From assembly GCA_973895155.1 (NCBI GenBank), contig OZ316892.1:1303123-1367122 (forward strand): DNA of 64,000 nucleotides, in the 5' to 3' direction. Positions within the stretch are counted from its first letter, which is position 1; every line of letters starts with the position of its first letter. A program made the translations under genes and the position numbers. Below, piece by piece: positions 14,101-27,091 of the stretch. Source of the DNA: Marsupella aquatica (Eukaryota > Plantae > Marchantiophyta). Under the pieces are notes generated by a model that saw only the letters and a program-made list of their open reading frames with translations, had not been told where the DNA came from and did not search any database.

Positions 14101-17100
14101 GAGCTTGACAGGTATTTTGAGCTATACTATCGCGCCTTACATGATTACTCTAAATCTCTCGAGATTTTATTTCCGTGTTGGTTTTCAAGGAGTTTTGTTC
14201 TGAATTGTGTTAGTTTGGAATGTCAGGATTGTCATCGAAATGAAGGATCAGCAGATTCAGGCCCAAAAATCGGTTGAAAGTTTGCAGCAGGAATGTGCTG
14301 AGAAGGATGTCCAGGTATATATGTGGTGCAAACAAGTTGCTTTCGCAATTTTAGAACAGTTTTTATGTCCTTGCTCACAGGAGTTGATACGCCCTGAAGC
14401 GTCATTTCGTTTTCGTAATCTTTGCAGTCAAGAAGCTGCGAAGCGCATATTGCTGAGTTGATGTTGCGAGCTGAAAAAGAAGCGTCCAAAAATCAACAAA
14501 AGGTTGTCATCCTATAATCTCATGTTGAATTGTTGTATGTGGAAACTATATACAGACAAGTAACCGAGGTGTTTCTAATCTTTTATTCGTTGCTTTAGTC
14601 CTACGAATTGTTGATCTACTAACGAATGGATGTTCGTCAATTCAGCTCGATATTGTCAAATATGAGGCTGAAAGACAACGCGTCGCGAGGGAGGCTCTTG
14701 AGAAAGAACTGGTGGCCTTGAAGTGCGAGATGGGATTGATACAGGTAACGATGGACAGGCAGGAAGCTCAACTAGTGCGGGAGATTCAAGGTGCAGAGAC
14801 TTCGAAAACTGAACTTGACAGGTACCAGAGCTATCCTACCACGCCTAACACGACGTCTCCAGTCCACTCCAGATTTTAGTTCCCTGTTGATTTTAAATTA
14901 AGGTTTGTTCTGAATTGTGTTAGTTTGGAATACCAGGATTGTCATCGAAATGAAGAATCAGCAGATTCAGGCCCGCAAATCGGTCGAAGGTTTGCAGCAG
15001 GAATGTGCTGAGAAGGATGTTCAGGTATTACTTTGTTGTATTATGTAAGTTCCTTTTTGTAATTTTAGAACAGTCTTTATGTTTTTGCTCAGACGAGTTG
15101 ATACGTCCTGAAGCATCGTTTTGTTTCCTCATCTTTGCAGTTAAGAAGCTGCAAAGCGCATATTGCTGAGTTGATGTTGGGAGCCGAGAAACAAGCGTCC
15201 GAACATCAACAAAAGGTAGTCATACTGGTTATAACCTGTTTAATAGTTGTGATTTCTGACCACACAGATGACTTGGAACGGATGCAATGACGTTACTGTC
15301 TTGTCTGGTGCAGCTGAAAACCCTTGAAGCCATGGTGGAACATTTCAACGTGGACGAACGTAAAGTTAATCCGGTTGGTGGGTTACTTAGTAAAGCGGTT
15401 GAGAAGTCCACAGGCAAGGTTAAAGGAGCCGCTTCACCATTTAAGTGTATTGGTTCAGGTCTAGACAAGCAAAGATCTTCAGAGGTTGACGAGGACCTCT
15501 CCACTGCCAAGAAAAGGATTAAGGAGCTGGAGACTGTCGCTGCTTCTCGTCAGAAAGAGGTATGCGTTTTAGTCACTTTCGTTCACCGGAATGAGGATTT
15601 TTTTCTGCAACAAGTGCGACAACGTGACAGTTATCATATCGTTTTGCTTTTGGAAAACAGCACAACATGGCCCCATAAATGTATCATGATTCTTACCTTG
15701 GTTTCTATCCAGGTCTTCATGCTCAACACGAAACTTGCGGAGGCAGAGAGTATGACTCATGATGTAGTCAGAGATCTTCTAGGAGTCAAAATGGACATTG
15801 CCAGCTATGCTGTAAGTCGCCAAGGTTTTATGGTAATTAGCTATTACAGTGTTGTCGGATTTCTGTTCTGAAATGCCTTTTCTAAGCAAATCCTGGCAAA
15901 GTGCCGGGGTGCACCGTAATTGCTTGGTTGTGAACCTTCACGATTGGAATGATTATATCCTTTCGAGCGATTTTATCTTTCGGCAGACTTTTCTTGTTTT
16001 CTGGTTAATTTTGGTTTGCTTTTGTGTTCTACTGACAATCCCGGGTTGGTTGTCTGGGCCCTATAATTCCACTCACAACTAGATTTCTCGACCTTTGCAG
16101 ACAATGCTAAATCAGCAGCAAATTCAACGAAGAAGCCAGCTGGCCAGGCGTCGCACAGAGGAAGCTCAACAAAAGGTCTGCAGAAGGGCACCCCACAACT
16201 TGAGCGTTTCAGTTTTGGGTTGCTGAGCGGAGTTTTCCCCTGCGTATGAAACTTATCTGGGGTTATGATCTGCTTGCAGGAAGACGAGCTAGATACACTC
16301 AGAGATAGATTAAATGAATTTATTGAAGAGCGAGACAGGTACGGTTGTTCTTCTAACTCTAGCAGGCTCAGAGTATCCTTCGGGGTTCGTTGAATCAATT
16401 TCTCATGTTTGTTGAATATCACCAAGTAATCAGTTCAACGACAGCTGAATATTAAGTATGTAGGCCTCTTATTCCCATCATCCACTTGCTTTAGTACATC
16501 AGCCTTGAAGTTTGCATATATGTGCAAAGCTCAAAATTGGAATTATGCAATGACGGCTGAATCCAAGATAGAACTTGCTTGGATCGAAGCGTGAGCAAGT
16601 GTGCTTTCCATCCGACACGTTGCTACCTTTTTGAAAAGAAATGTGTCAGCGTCGGAGGGCTGACACAGATTGCTTGATTTTGGACTAAACATGATTCTAT
16701 GTCAGATTTCGTTGCTTTTGAAGGGCTACTGAAAAGGCTGAAAATGTTCGTGGATGGTTTGTTCTTGTCGTTGCAGCTGGCTAGAAGAGATAAATCGCAG
16801 ACAGGCCCAGGCTGTTGCTGCTCGGGTCTCGGCTGAGAAACTTCGTTTGAGGGACGAGACACTCACCGCAGAGAATGACAAATTTCGGGTAGGTAGAAGA
16901 CGTGTCGGTCCGTATGAAGGAACTTTGAGTGGGGTCGTAGGGAACCAAAGGAATTATCATGTGCTAGGGTGAAATGACTTATGATGACCCCGAAAATCGT
17001 GTGTGTGGTCGAGAATACAGGAGGACAATGACGCTCTTCGGAAGAAAGTCGCAGATCTTGGTGACGAGATCAAAAAGCTCTCTGGGCAGCAAAACTTGCA

Positions 17101-18155
17101 ACAGCGAATTCATCATCATGCCAAGATAAAGGTTGATCCAGATTTGCGTATTATTTGACCCACCAGCAAATGCACTTACGTCAATACACTGGGAATGTGT
17201 CCCACAGCACACCAGCTCACATAGTGTAAGATGTTGTGTTGCCCACAGGAGGAGAACAATTCTATCCGGCTTCAAAATGAGGATCTCAGTGGTAAACTTC
17301 GGCGGATGGAGATATTGTTCACTCGTGTAACTGATGAGCTTGCACGATATCGGACTTCTGAGGGGAAGAGTCCATTCCTAAATTTCGATGAGGAAGCCCG
17401 TGTGCAGGAAAAACTGCAGGTGTCAATCCAGTGGAGAAGTCCACTTACTCATCTTTATACTCGAACTTAATTTCACTCTGTCGCGTGGTTCGCTTTGCTT
17501 CTTACGTATGTTTGGAGATTGGAATGATGTGTCCGATGAATGTGATCTCTCCTTTAACACCTGCTTATTGTCAACCAACCTTTGCGGAACGTTACAGGAA
17601 ACAGAGCAAAAGAGGTTACAGCTGGCCGAAACCTTAATTGGGTTGTGTACCGGGATTATGCAGGTGTGGTTATGAGATTTGTTATTGTCCAGATTGTTCT
17701 GCCTTGCCAGTTTGTGTACTGAGTTGTGTTTTGAGAAGTCAGCTAAGCTTTCTTTTGCCTTGAAGCCGAAAGATTATCCACCCATCAGTACCCGACCAGT
17801 GGATAACATTTTGTCCAATGTACATTGGTGAGAGCAGGCTGCTGGCATTCAAAGGACATCCACAGATTTTGATCCAACTGCAGCGATGATAGCACTCCAC
17901 CAGCTCCAGGACCGGCTGGAGTCTGTGGAGAGAGAACTTTCCGACTGTAAACTAGAGGTACACGACATGTTCCCTGGTTTGATGCTTCTTGTAACTTCGA
18001 CATTCTCGGCTTGTCTGGAAGCAAATGTCATTCCAGCAGGGTTTAGAGTTGATTGATTTCATGAAACTCACATGGTGCATTTACGCGATCAGGCAAGAAT
18101 TGCAGCTGAGAAGCGACGGCTTTCAGATCTTCGGGACTTTCAAACCCTCCAGTGA
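2140..18155 (+). CDS. POK: Kinesin-12 family motor, phragmoplast-orienting kinesin (POK1/POK2)-like; 40 exons, about 2894 aa
   Basis: GT-AG exons traced by eye: 2140-2952, 3427-3582, 3676-3759, 4037-4156, 4254-4367, 4561-4653, 4955-5044, 5257-5327, 5441-5515, 5868-5955, 6075-6133, 6364-6427, 6558-6623, 6803-7009, 7116-7223, 7622-7857, 7967-8036, 8395-8460, 8660-8722, 8885-8964, 9178-9316, 9419-9520, 9729-13541, 13717-13824, 13936-14111, 14227-14314, 14428-14502, 14646-14821, 14937-15024, 15141-15215, 15314-15559, 15713-15811, 16101-16175, 16280-16338, 16777-16888, 17021-17131, 17249-17419, 17598-17663, 17838-17957, 18093-18155 (sum 8685 nt, in frame). Motor motifs: AYGQTGSGKT (P-loop), [24 protein letters not shown]. 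Long coiled coil follows. Plant kinesin-12 tail motifs: [41 protein letters not shown]. The start codon choice is inferred. Confidence 0.93.
13825..15247 (+). repeat. Intragenic ~710-bp tandem duplication of three exons plus introns in the kinesin tail
   Basis: Exons of 176/88/75 nt at 13936/14227/14428 recur at 14646/14937/15141 with alignable introns. Both copies are open and keep their splice sites. Confidence 0.92.
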
Positions 18156-21100
18156 AGGCAATTGGTACCAATACCAACTTTGGAGCTAACCGCGCCCAGT
18201 CCAGTTTCCTCAACATAATAGATTTATGTCGTGCGTGTAAAGAAATGCAAGGAACTCTTGGTTGGTGCTCAGTTACGGCACCAGCACCATCGGAGAGTGT
18301 TCGTCACCTGTATACTATCTAGAGCAAGTGATTGGTAGTCTTTGCCAATTCACCGAGGCAGAGAACTTTGTATAATGTATAATATATCTCTTTGTACATT
18401 ATTAATATATTGTGAAGCGCGTGGCTTCGTTCACGTGGTCCTCGTAATGATCCAAACATCAACAATCACAAACTTCCTTCAGAAGTCGTTAAAATCTGCT
18501 TAGGGGATCGATCTAGTGGTCTCTAATGTGCAAAGAAGCATACAACGCTTTTATTGTTGTAAGGAGAGACCAAAAATTGAAGAACTTTAATTAGAGTTTT
18601 TAAATCCAATTTTGAGACTTCTAAGGAAAGAAATTGAGACTAATCTCTTATGAACCACTTCAAAACAAGAATGAATTAGTTTTGGGGGTAGACTATAAAA
18701 CCCAGTAGATGCCTAGTTACTTAAAACTTGAGATCTTCCCTTATTTTCTTGTACCCATCATGCACAAATAAGTGCAGGGATTGAAGGCCCTAAGGAGTCC
18801 ATTTCAAACAAAGGGGCCTTGTCAGGGGTTTGCTTCCATAGAGGGGCCCCATCAAGTCTTTTTCTTATTTTGATTGTTTTCTTGTGTGTATGCAAACAGC
18901 GCATGGTTTGGCCTTCCTTCATATTCATCACACCTCACCAAAATGTCAGGAACATGAAATTCCACTCCTGCCACATACTTTTGATCATGAGTCATAGCCA
19001 AAAGTTCTGGAAGATGACATTGTGAGTCCATTATACTTGTGATGATAAACCTCAAACCACGTCAGTACACTTTCCCTTTGGATTCATTGCATGCCTCATA
19101 CTCCATAACCATGAAGGCACTAGTTACCAGCATTTCATAGCACACAGGCCAAGCTGGGGCATGTGTTTTGAAGGCTCTGGGTTAGACATAAAGGTAAAAG
19201 TTTACTATCTTGAAATAAGTTTGCTATATGTGTTTAAGTTTGTTAACACCCAGTCACATTTGGGTATTATGACTTAGAATCAACACCCAGCCATATTGGG
19301 TGTTTTGATTTAGAATCACGGACCCTTTTGAATATAAGCCATAACAAACTCTTGACAGGGTGTGAGGGTACTCGTAAACCTAACTTGTGAGTTTTCTTTA
19401 CGGACCCCCATGGGAAGTTCCTTCCAAAATTCTTGGATGCATGTGTAACCATATCAGCATAATTTGTCACAAACAAGAACCATTAGTTATCTAAGAAGAA
19501 CCAAATTTGACTATTCGTGTTTGAGGCAAGGCAAAGAAAAACAATTAGACCCTGTAATGTAAAAATAATGGAAAACTGAAAAATAACATTTCAAGTAAAC
19601 AAAAAAAAAGGGTAAACTAGGGGTGAAAGAAATTAATCTTTAGATGATTGATATATCAGTGTTTTCTGGTAATCTATATTAATTTTCAATTTACTTTGAA
19701 ATAAAGACAAGTAGAAACAAACTCTTCAACTCTAACATTTACCAAGGTAACATAAGAAACCCAAAAAACTATTCAACTTCTCAAACATTTACCAAGGTAA
19801 CTTAAGAAACCCTTTGGCTACTATGGATAGAGAAGTAACCAGCAAACATAAGAAACACACTAACTACTATGGGTAGATGAATACCAAGGGACTCTAAGAC
19901 CTTTCAACTACTATGGACAAAGTAATATTTTGCATAAATCATATCAAAGGTCACATATTTTGTGTGGACATAGAGGTACTAAGGGAAACTTTGTGCATGG
20001 AGAATATATTACCCTCGGTATTACCATGAATGTACTCTTATTTGTCTTCAATGAAATTGTCCTAACAACCTTTAAAATTCATTTCATTTAGCTAGAATCT
20101 TCCATTTAATCTTTGTCCTCTCATCTATCTATTCCAATGTGCAACTCTTCATGAATCCAAATAGTTCATTAAAACAAGCTTCATAACCAAGGGGTCCTAT
20201 AACTAATTTGTACCCTAAACTCCTCCCAAGCATGGTTCCCCTTGTAGTTCCCCTTGTTATTGATCAAGGTCCCAGCTCCTCTCAAGCATGGTTTCCCAAG
20301 ATGCATTAGAGGTTTTACGTTGGGTAACCCATGAGCTGTTAGGGGTACTGATTGTCAGACTTCAGTATGCGTTGATAAGGTTGGTATTGGCATTTGTGGG
20401 ACAGACAACGCAAGGGATGAAACCTTCCAAAATATTCTCCAATGAGCACAAACTGACTAAGAAAGTCGGAATCAGCGAAGGGGAGTGTCGACACCGTCAC
20501 TACTTTGGGCATGCCGCTGATTGGACAGCCCTGACGTTGCACCATAGCCATTTAAGCAACTCAAAAGCCCAATGATGGAGGTGCAGGGATGGTATGCCTG
20601 CTTGCAGGCCTACAGTGTCAAGTACTCCTGTATGTCGAATTTCAAGTTCTGCTGTACTCCAGACCTCGACTATACTGGAAACAGTGTCACAGCTAAACAT
20701 GAAGATGGGATACTCCAAAGTTCTAGAACAGTTACTGCATCAGGCCAACAGCCTGCCCACGCTATTCAACAAGGAAGTAGCGATGATAGAACCATGAGAT
20801 TTCATCAATATGAGATTGTGAAACCCACGTTAGTTATGCGAGGTAGCAAGCATTACCAATTTCTTCTGTACATAATAGGTGTTTTGAGACGACTATCGGT
20901 TTGCATGTGATTGTCTTTTACATGAACACGTCTGCAGCAGTCGTTGCTGTCCGAGAATTGAGAAATGGAGTTGCAGGATCTTTTCTTCTTGTTGCCGCCT
21001 AGAAAATCAACAATTATTTGTTACTTTTCCTGATTTTATCTCAAAAGTTATCTGGTGTACCAGCATGGTTCGTACGAACTTGCATCGATCTACATAACTG

Positions 21101-24100
21101 CTCAGGCCTGGCAGAGCCAGCTCATGGAAAATCCATTTGCGGTTGTCGTATTTGTTGGTGATGGGTTGCCAGTAGACTTTTATAATGAAGTAGTTGGGAG
21201 GAAGCAACTTCGGTAACCAAAGGCAATACCAGAAATACTTCAGAACGAGACTAAGTTGGATGGACATCAACTTCAGAAGATAACAGCAATACCAGGCAGG
21301 CATCCAGACCAGTTTGGAAATCAGAGTCCACAGGCACACGCATCTTCCCACCCTGAAAATTGTTTATTCCGCGATTCAAAGCGAGGGGAAAGTCAAGATT
21401 CAGAAATAATGAAGAAGCCCAAACTATCAGCTTACAGTTCGTATTTAGGTGCATAAATTTCATCAATTATGTACAACTCATACATTCAAAATTGTTCAAA
21501 GCTGAGTGAATATTCAGCTTGAATAACTGGCAACTTGGGCATTATCCTACTGGCATCCTTGGAAAGGCAGGTGGACAACTACTCTACAAAGCTTTGAGAC
21601 TGAATCTCAGATGTATGCCTGCCAAGGATTATCATAACCGGCAGATTCATACAACTATGCAAAGTCTTATTCAACGCCTTAGTTCCTAAATTATTATTTG
21701 TGCCTGGATCGGAATGGTCTGGTTCTGCGACAGTGATTCCGAGTCATAAAAATCTCTCCATATTTGGTCTGCTGGCCGTTGTACGTACCACACCCAACAA
21801 AGGCTGTCGTAACTACAAATCTCTTTGCAGTGAAATTTCCACACTCGGTCTGGCTCGTACGTAGGGTCATCAAAGTCATTTCCTCAGTTTCGTCATCACG
21901 CCAAAACGGCTAAATGGCTCCTGACTTGCTGGAAATGCCTCTACTCTGTCCCACAATGTGATATGATGCGGGAACAGTATTTTCTCCACTCGGTCGTCCA
22001 CAATTGGAAGAACCAAATATGCTTGAATAGCTTAGAAATGTCGTTCGATGCGAATGCAGCTCTCGAAGGTAACCGAGCTGTGAAAAACCTACTATGCTAG
22101 TGCTAACTATCCCCGCTCCGTGAGCATGCAGATTTTAATTACAGATAGGTCAAGTTGTCACTCGTCACCGGCCGGTCGGCTCATTTTCGAGATGTCAAAC
22201 GCCGTCGACTCCAAGCTCTCTGGCTCTCCCTCGTCCGTCATGTTCACATGGTGGGCATGAGAGCTGTCAGCGACCTTGTGGTGGTCAGGCTGCTCTTCCC
22301 CGTAGTTTCTCTCCAAGAGACTGGAGTCGGTCTCGCTACTCGTGCCCCGCACTAGTGACACTGCTCGTCACATCCTCTTCGGGAGCCGCTGCTTCTGCCT
22401 CCAAAATTGGGCTGGTGTGAATTTCTGCTTGTGCTGCAGCTGTTCCTGCTGGAGAAGTGACGACGACCTGTGTGGAGGAGAACAGAGTCGTCTTAAACGA
22501 CCTCATCCTTGCCAGCAGGAGGGCTCGCTTCTGCATGCTAAAATATCAGACTTCCATAGAAAAGAGGTCTGGCCTGACGGATTCGGCGGCGAGACGAACC
22601 GGGACACCTTCTGCACGATACCGCATCGGAACAATCCCCTCACTTGAACAGTCCCCTCAGAAGCGATGCCAGTTTTGTAAACTGGAATCTTCTCCAGGAC
22701 ATGAAAGTACATTGCGAGAATTCCATCGACCCAGTGAAGTGAGATGAAATTCCACGATGTACTCTCATGTCCTGGGGAACTCTTCTCGGTCGCAGAGAAA
22801 GAATGCTCACACCAGCTAAATTATCCATGAATCTCAACGGACATTACCCCGTTCTTGCCCCTCCAACCTTACTTCCAACTTCTGGAAGTATTCAGGAATC
22901 GGGAAGGACCAAGTTGTTAACTTCTGCTTACAATCTTCTGACTGAGTTAGGTAGTATAGTCAGTTCTAGTTTCCAATCTCATGGACCCGTAATGGCGTCC
23001 CACAAAGGTCATCTGCACAGTTCTTCCGCCATGGATGTTGTTACGTACGAGCACCGCTCACAATAGCAAGTTGTAGTTAGTAGTCCTATGCGTTCTCTAA
23101 TTGTCCAATCTGACAATCCCAGGAAGCTACCTTACACCATTGTCAGCGCTGCAAACTGGACACAAATTCAGTAGTTAGATGTTCTAGTCTCCGACAACTC
23201 GAGGAAATTGACCTGCATCCCCCGCATCTTAAATAACGGTGATCTCCAAACATAAAGTCTAAAAAACTTCATGAAACTAGACATCCAGATCTCGATTTTG
23301 ACGAATCAAACGTCTACCTTATTTCTCAGCTCTAGAAGCCAAGCGGCAAAGAAGTGTGGAAATCATACTAATAATTTCAAATTTGATTGACATCCAGAAT
23401 TGTCATTCGTCGGCCACAGATCTTAGTACTGCCACAAACAAGTGCATGTCCAACCATCCAGGCTACTTGAAAGGATCCCATTCAGCTACACCTACTCTCA
23501 AAATCACAACGGGAAACGCACGGAGTATCATATCAGCTCTATAATCAACTTGCACATTCCATCACAACATCCTCAACCACAAAAATGAAAGACTCTTCCA
23601 TACCTTTCTTCATACCTTTTGCCTAGCAGGCCGAATAGGTACTGCTCGCAAACCTGCCATACAGAGGGATCCGTCTGGTCGTCCCCCGCTTCTCAACCTG
23701 CCTCGCTGCACCACCTCTCAGCTCAGCTCTGCTCTCCTCTCCTCTTGGAAGGAGATGAAGTAGACAGTCAAGATGCACAAGATTGTGGCCGTGCCCCTCC
23801 ATGAGCACCATGTCCCTCTAGGCCTTTGGCAACTACAGAATTCGCTGTAGTCTCAAGAGACCAGTTTCGCTTGATGAGCACAGCTTCTGAGACTCCATAT
23901 ATGTATAGGAAGAGAATTCATCGTGGAAGAGAATTCATCGTGACACAATTTGATCACAAAAATCAAAACATTTCACTCTTTTTTACTAAGAACCAGTCAA
24001 TCTCTTTTTTCCAAACCTTGCCTCCAAGGTGAAGTCAAGTGAAGTCAAGCATACTTGGACCACCAGTATTGCCACTCATTCTCTCATAATTTTCATGCAT

Positions 24101-24124
24101 AAAGGTAGAATTCATCACGTGAAA

Positions 24125-24480
24125 TTTAGATAATTTTATTATTAGATGATATATTTTTAATTTATATTTATATTTATATTATTTTATATTCAAGATAATA
24201 ATTATATTATATATATTAAAAATAATTTTTAATAATTATATTATATATTTTAAATTATATATATTTTAAATTTAATTTATAAAATTATTAAATATATTAT
24301 TAAAAATAATAATAACTTATAAATAAATTTAAAAATATATATAAAATTTAATTTTCTTATAATTAGTAATTATTATTTAAAAATATTTTTTAATTATTAT
24401 TTTTATTAAAAATCATCATATTTTTGTCTATTTGAAAAAAATAAAATTAATAATTAATTTTATTTTCAAGATATAATTTT
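24125..24480. repeat. Extremely AT-rich low-complexity tract
   Basis: Almost only A/T, with no exact period. Confidence 0.85.
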
Positions 24481-26871
24481 AGCAAGTCAACACTTTTAGC
24501 TCTTTGTTGGGAATCATCTGATCTCACTAAGGAGTACTCTGACATCTGGCCTCAACCCATCCAAAACAAGGACCTTTCTTCTTCACACACAAGGAACAAT
24601 AGTTATAGTTAGAAAATATAACTATAATATTTAACCTCATGGGATAAGTATTGACTGTTTCAGTCAAATGTGTGATATTAGCCCTAATTAAGCTTGAATA
24701 TCATCCACTATTTAAAAATAATTAATCCTAGGAATGATCACAACCTTTGTCCCCAAGATTAGAATAAACCTTTCTCTTTCAGGGCCACCATGGCTTCTTT
24801 TTCCCATTTGGGTGGTCTTCTGCTTTCATTGGCTTGTTGGTTCCCCATCCTCGGGGTTCACATGGAATAACATCAAATTTGAATATTAAGGGCCAAGGAG
24901 TGGATAGACCCCATTTGACATTGTATATGGCTGGCTCGGGGAGGTAATTTCATTATCTCTATTGCTGTTTGAGGTCTGCGCCAGGACTGTGCGCTTGTGG
25001 TGCTGGGAGGTGCTTGGGGGCCTGACTTTCAAGGGCGGGCTGGTTATTTTGGTTGGTGCTGGGATGGGTCCCCGTTGTGGGGTCTCTGTGTTACTGTGCT
25101 GCCCGGGGGAGTTGACTGTCACTGGCCCTTCTGGACCCTGTTGTTGAAGGTTTACCTTTCTGGCCTCTTTGTCGGGCTGCTTGTTTCCCTCTTGTGTGGG
25201 GTTTACATGATCAATATATATTAAAGAAAAACCATTCCAAAGAAAAGTGAGAATAATAGTTGTTTATTATTTTGAGTAGAGATAAAATTGAAAAGCTTAT
25301 CCACTTCGGTTGCAATGGTTTATTTAAGCACTTTGTTAATCATTATGAGCAATGGTAGCTTTAGTCAATTTTCATTCAAACATATTACAATTCATTTTGT
25401 GGGAATTGATGTTTAGTGCTTTAGGTATCCAAAAAGAATGCTTGGCCTTAGATAGGTAGCACATAGTGGTCCATGCAAACATTTACTTTGATAAATTTCA
25501 TTAATATTCCTGGAAAACTACTGTAGAAAATGACAAATAGTGCCCAAATAGAATAACTTGTGATTTGTTGAAATCCTCAGATACAGTTTCTATCCATCTT
25601 AGTATACATCCAAATGTTCATATTTGATTGGAGAGCATGTCGTACTTTAGAAGCGATACAATAACATGTAACATATCGAGCAAGTACTGTGACGAGTTTG
25701 TGATGAACTCCTACCACACCAGTCTGCCATCATCTTCTCGGCTTCTCCAGTCCAAAGTGAACTTATTGACGGTCCACTTGATCCCCGCATGCGCGCATGC
25801 TGTCTGTGTTATGTTTATAAAATTGGTCAAAGTGAACGGGAACCGCTACAACCACCAGTGCAGTGATCCATCGACCTCGCCGGGACCAGTTGGCGCAAGT
25901 TCAGCATAGTGTATGATTCTATAAAGCGATATGGTACCGTTAGATTAGTTTTCAGAATAACAAATCCGCGGTTTCTCGGTTCCATTCCACCTCGTAGCTC
26001 ACTTTACAGCAACGCACCGTTCCGAGAAAAACGGTAGCGAGTACATTGATAACTGAGTGTCGATTGGCTGCTTTGTCTGTACGTTAGAGTGGTGGGACAT
26101 GCCTGGACTGGAGGCAGATGTGAGCATTTGTTCAACGGAAAATAGGCTGTGGCTCAATAATAGATTACAAGCTGTGGCGCTGTGAGTGGCGAACAAAGAT
26201 CCTGACCGAAAGTGTACCTTTCTCACAGGAAGCTCCGTTGTAACATGTACGCACATTTGCATTCTATCGAATCTTTGGGAGAAACAAATATCAAATTAAT
26301 GCAATGACGGCATGCGAGGCCAAACTGCCAAAGTCCCTCTTCCCGACTCCCGAGCCATCCTTCCCCTATCTCAATCAAAGAACAAGAAAGTGGTCTTCGT
26401 AGAATAGGGACAACGCAAGAAGCTAACTGCTAAGGGTCAGGCAAAAAGAATCTGACGAGGATCCAGCAATGGAGTCTCCACCCACTACATACTGCGGTCA
26501 GTTTGTCACCTGAAGTCCTTGCGCAAACAAACGACGTTTGCCTCAGTGATTGCTGCTAGCAGCCTAGCAACGAATGTATGAGTGTCACAGTTTGATTGAA
26601 ACGAGATATTTCAATGTGGGGCATCCTCAAAAGTCATTGAAGTCATTGAGCAGCTTGATCTCCCTAGCTTTGTTGGAACGTGTGTTTCTTGCAAGAAACG
26701 CATGCGACTCTTGAACTTGTTTGGCTCTCCTGGGATTTCCAAACAGCTGTTCTACTGAGGTTTCCCATGAACGGAATGCTGCAGGCGAGCCAGGCCTCGG
26801 GTAGAAAACCCCAAAAAATGATAGCACCATAGCACCACCAAGTCAGGCGGACAGTGCAAGGGTATCCACAC

Positions 26872-27091
26872 CAGCATATTTTTTAAGTGCTGATTTTCGC
26901 CAAATTCCACCTCCCCAAAAAATGTTCGCCACCTTAAATCTAGCTAATATTCCTACTTAAATCTAGGGATATCTGAACATCATGATTCAATTCAGTAAAA
27001 TCTTATAAAGAATATTCCTAGAATCTTATCCCTTACAGAAGCAAACATTTGCCACACTGTTAAGAATTAAAAATCCTTAAAAAATAAGGTG
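26872..27091. mobile_element. 220-bp MITE with 8-bp TSD (hAT-like)
   Basis: TIRs CAGCATATTTTTTAAG / CTTAAAAAATAAGGTG. Direct repeat ATCCACAC at 26864-26871 and 27092-27099. Confidence 0.85.

Noticed and set aside
24760-25230. ORFs of 61-78 aa, or a possible LINE 3' tail ending GATCAATATATATTAAAGAAAA
   Set aside because: No recognisable domain or TSD; too weak to call.
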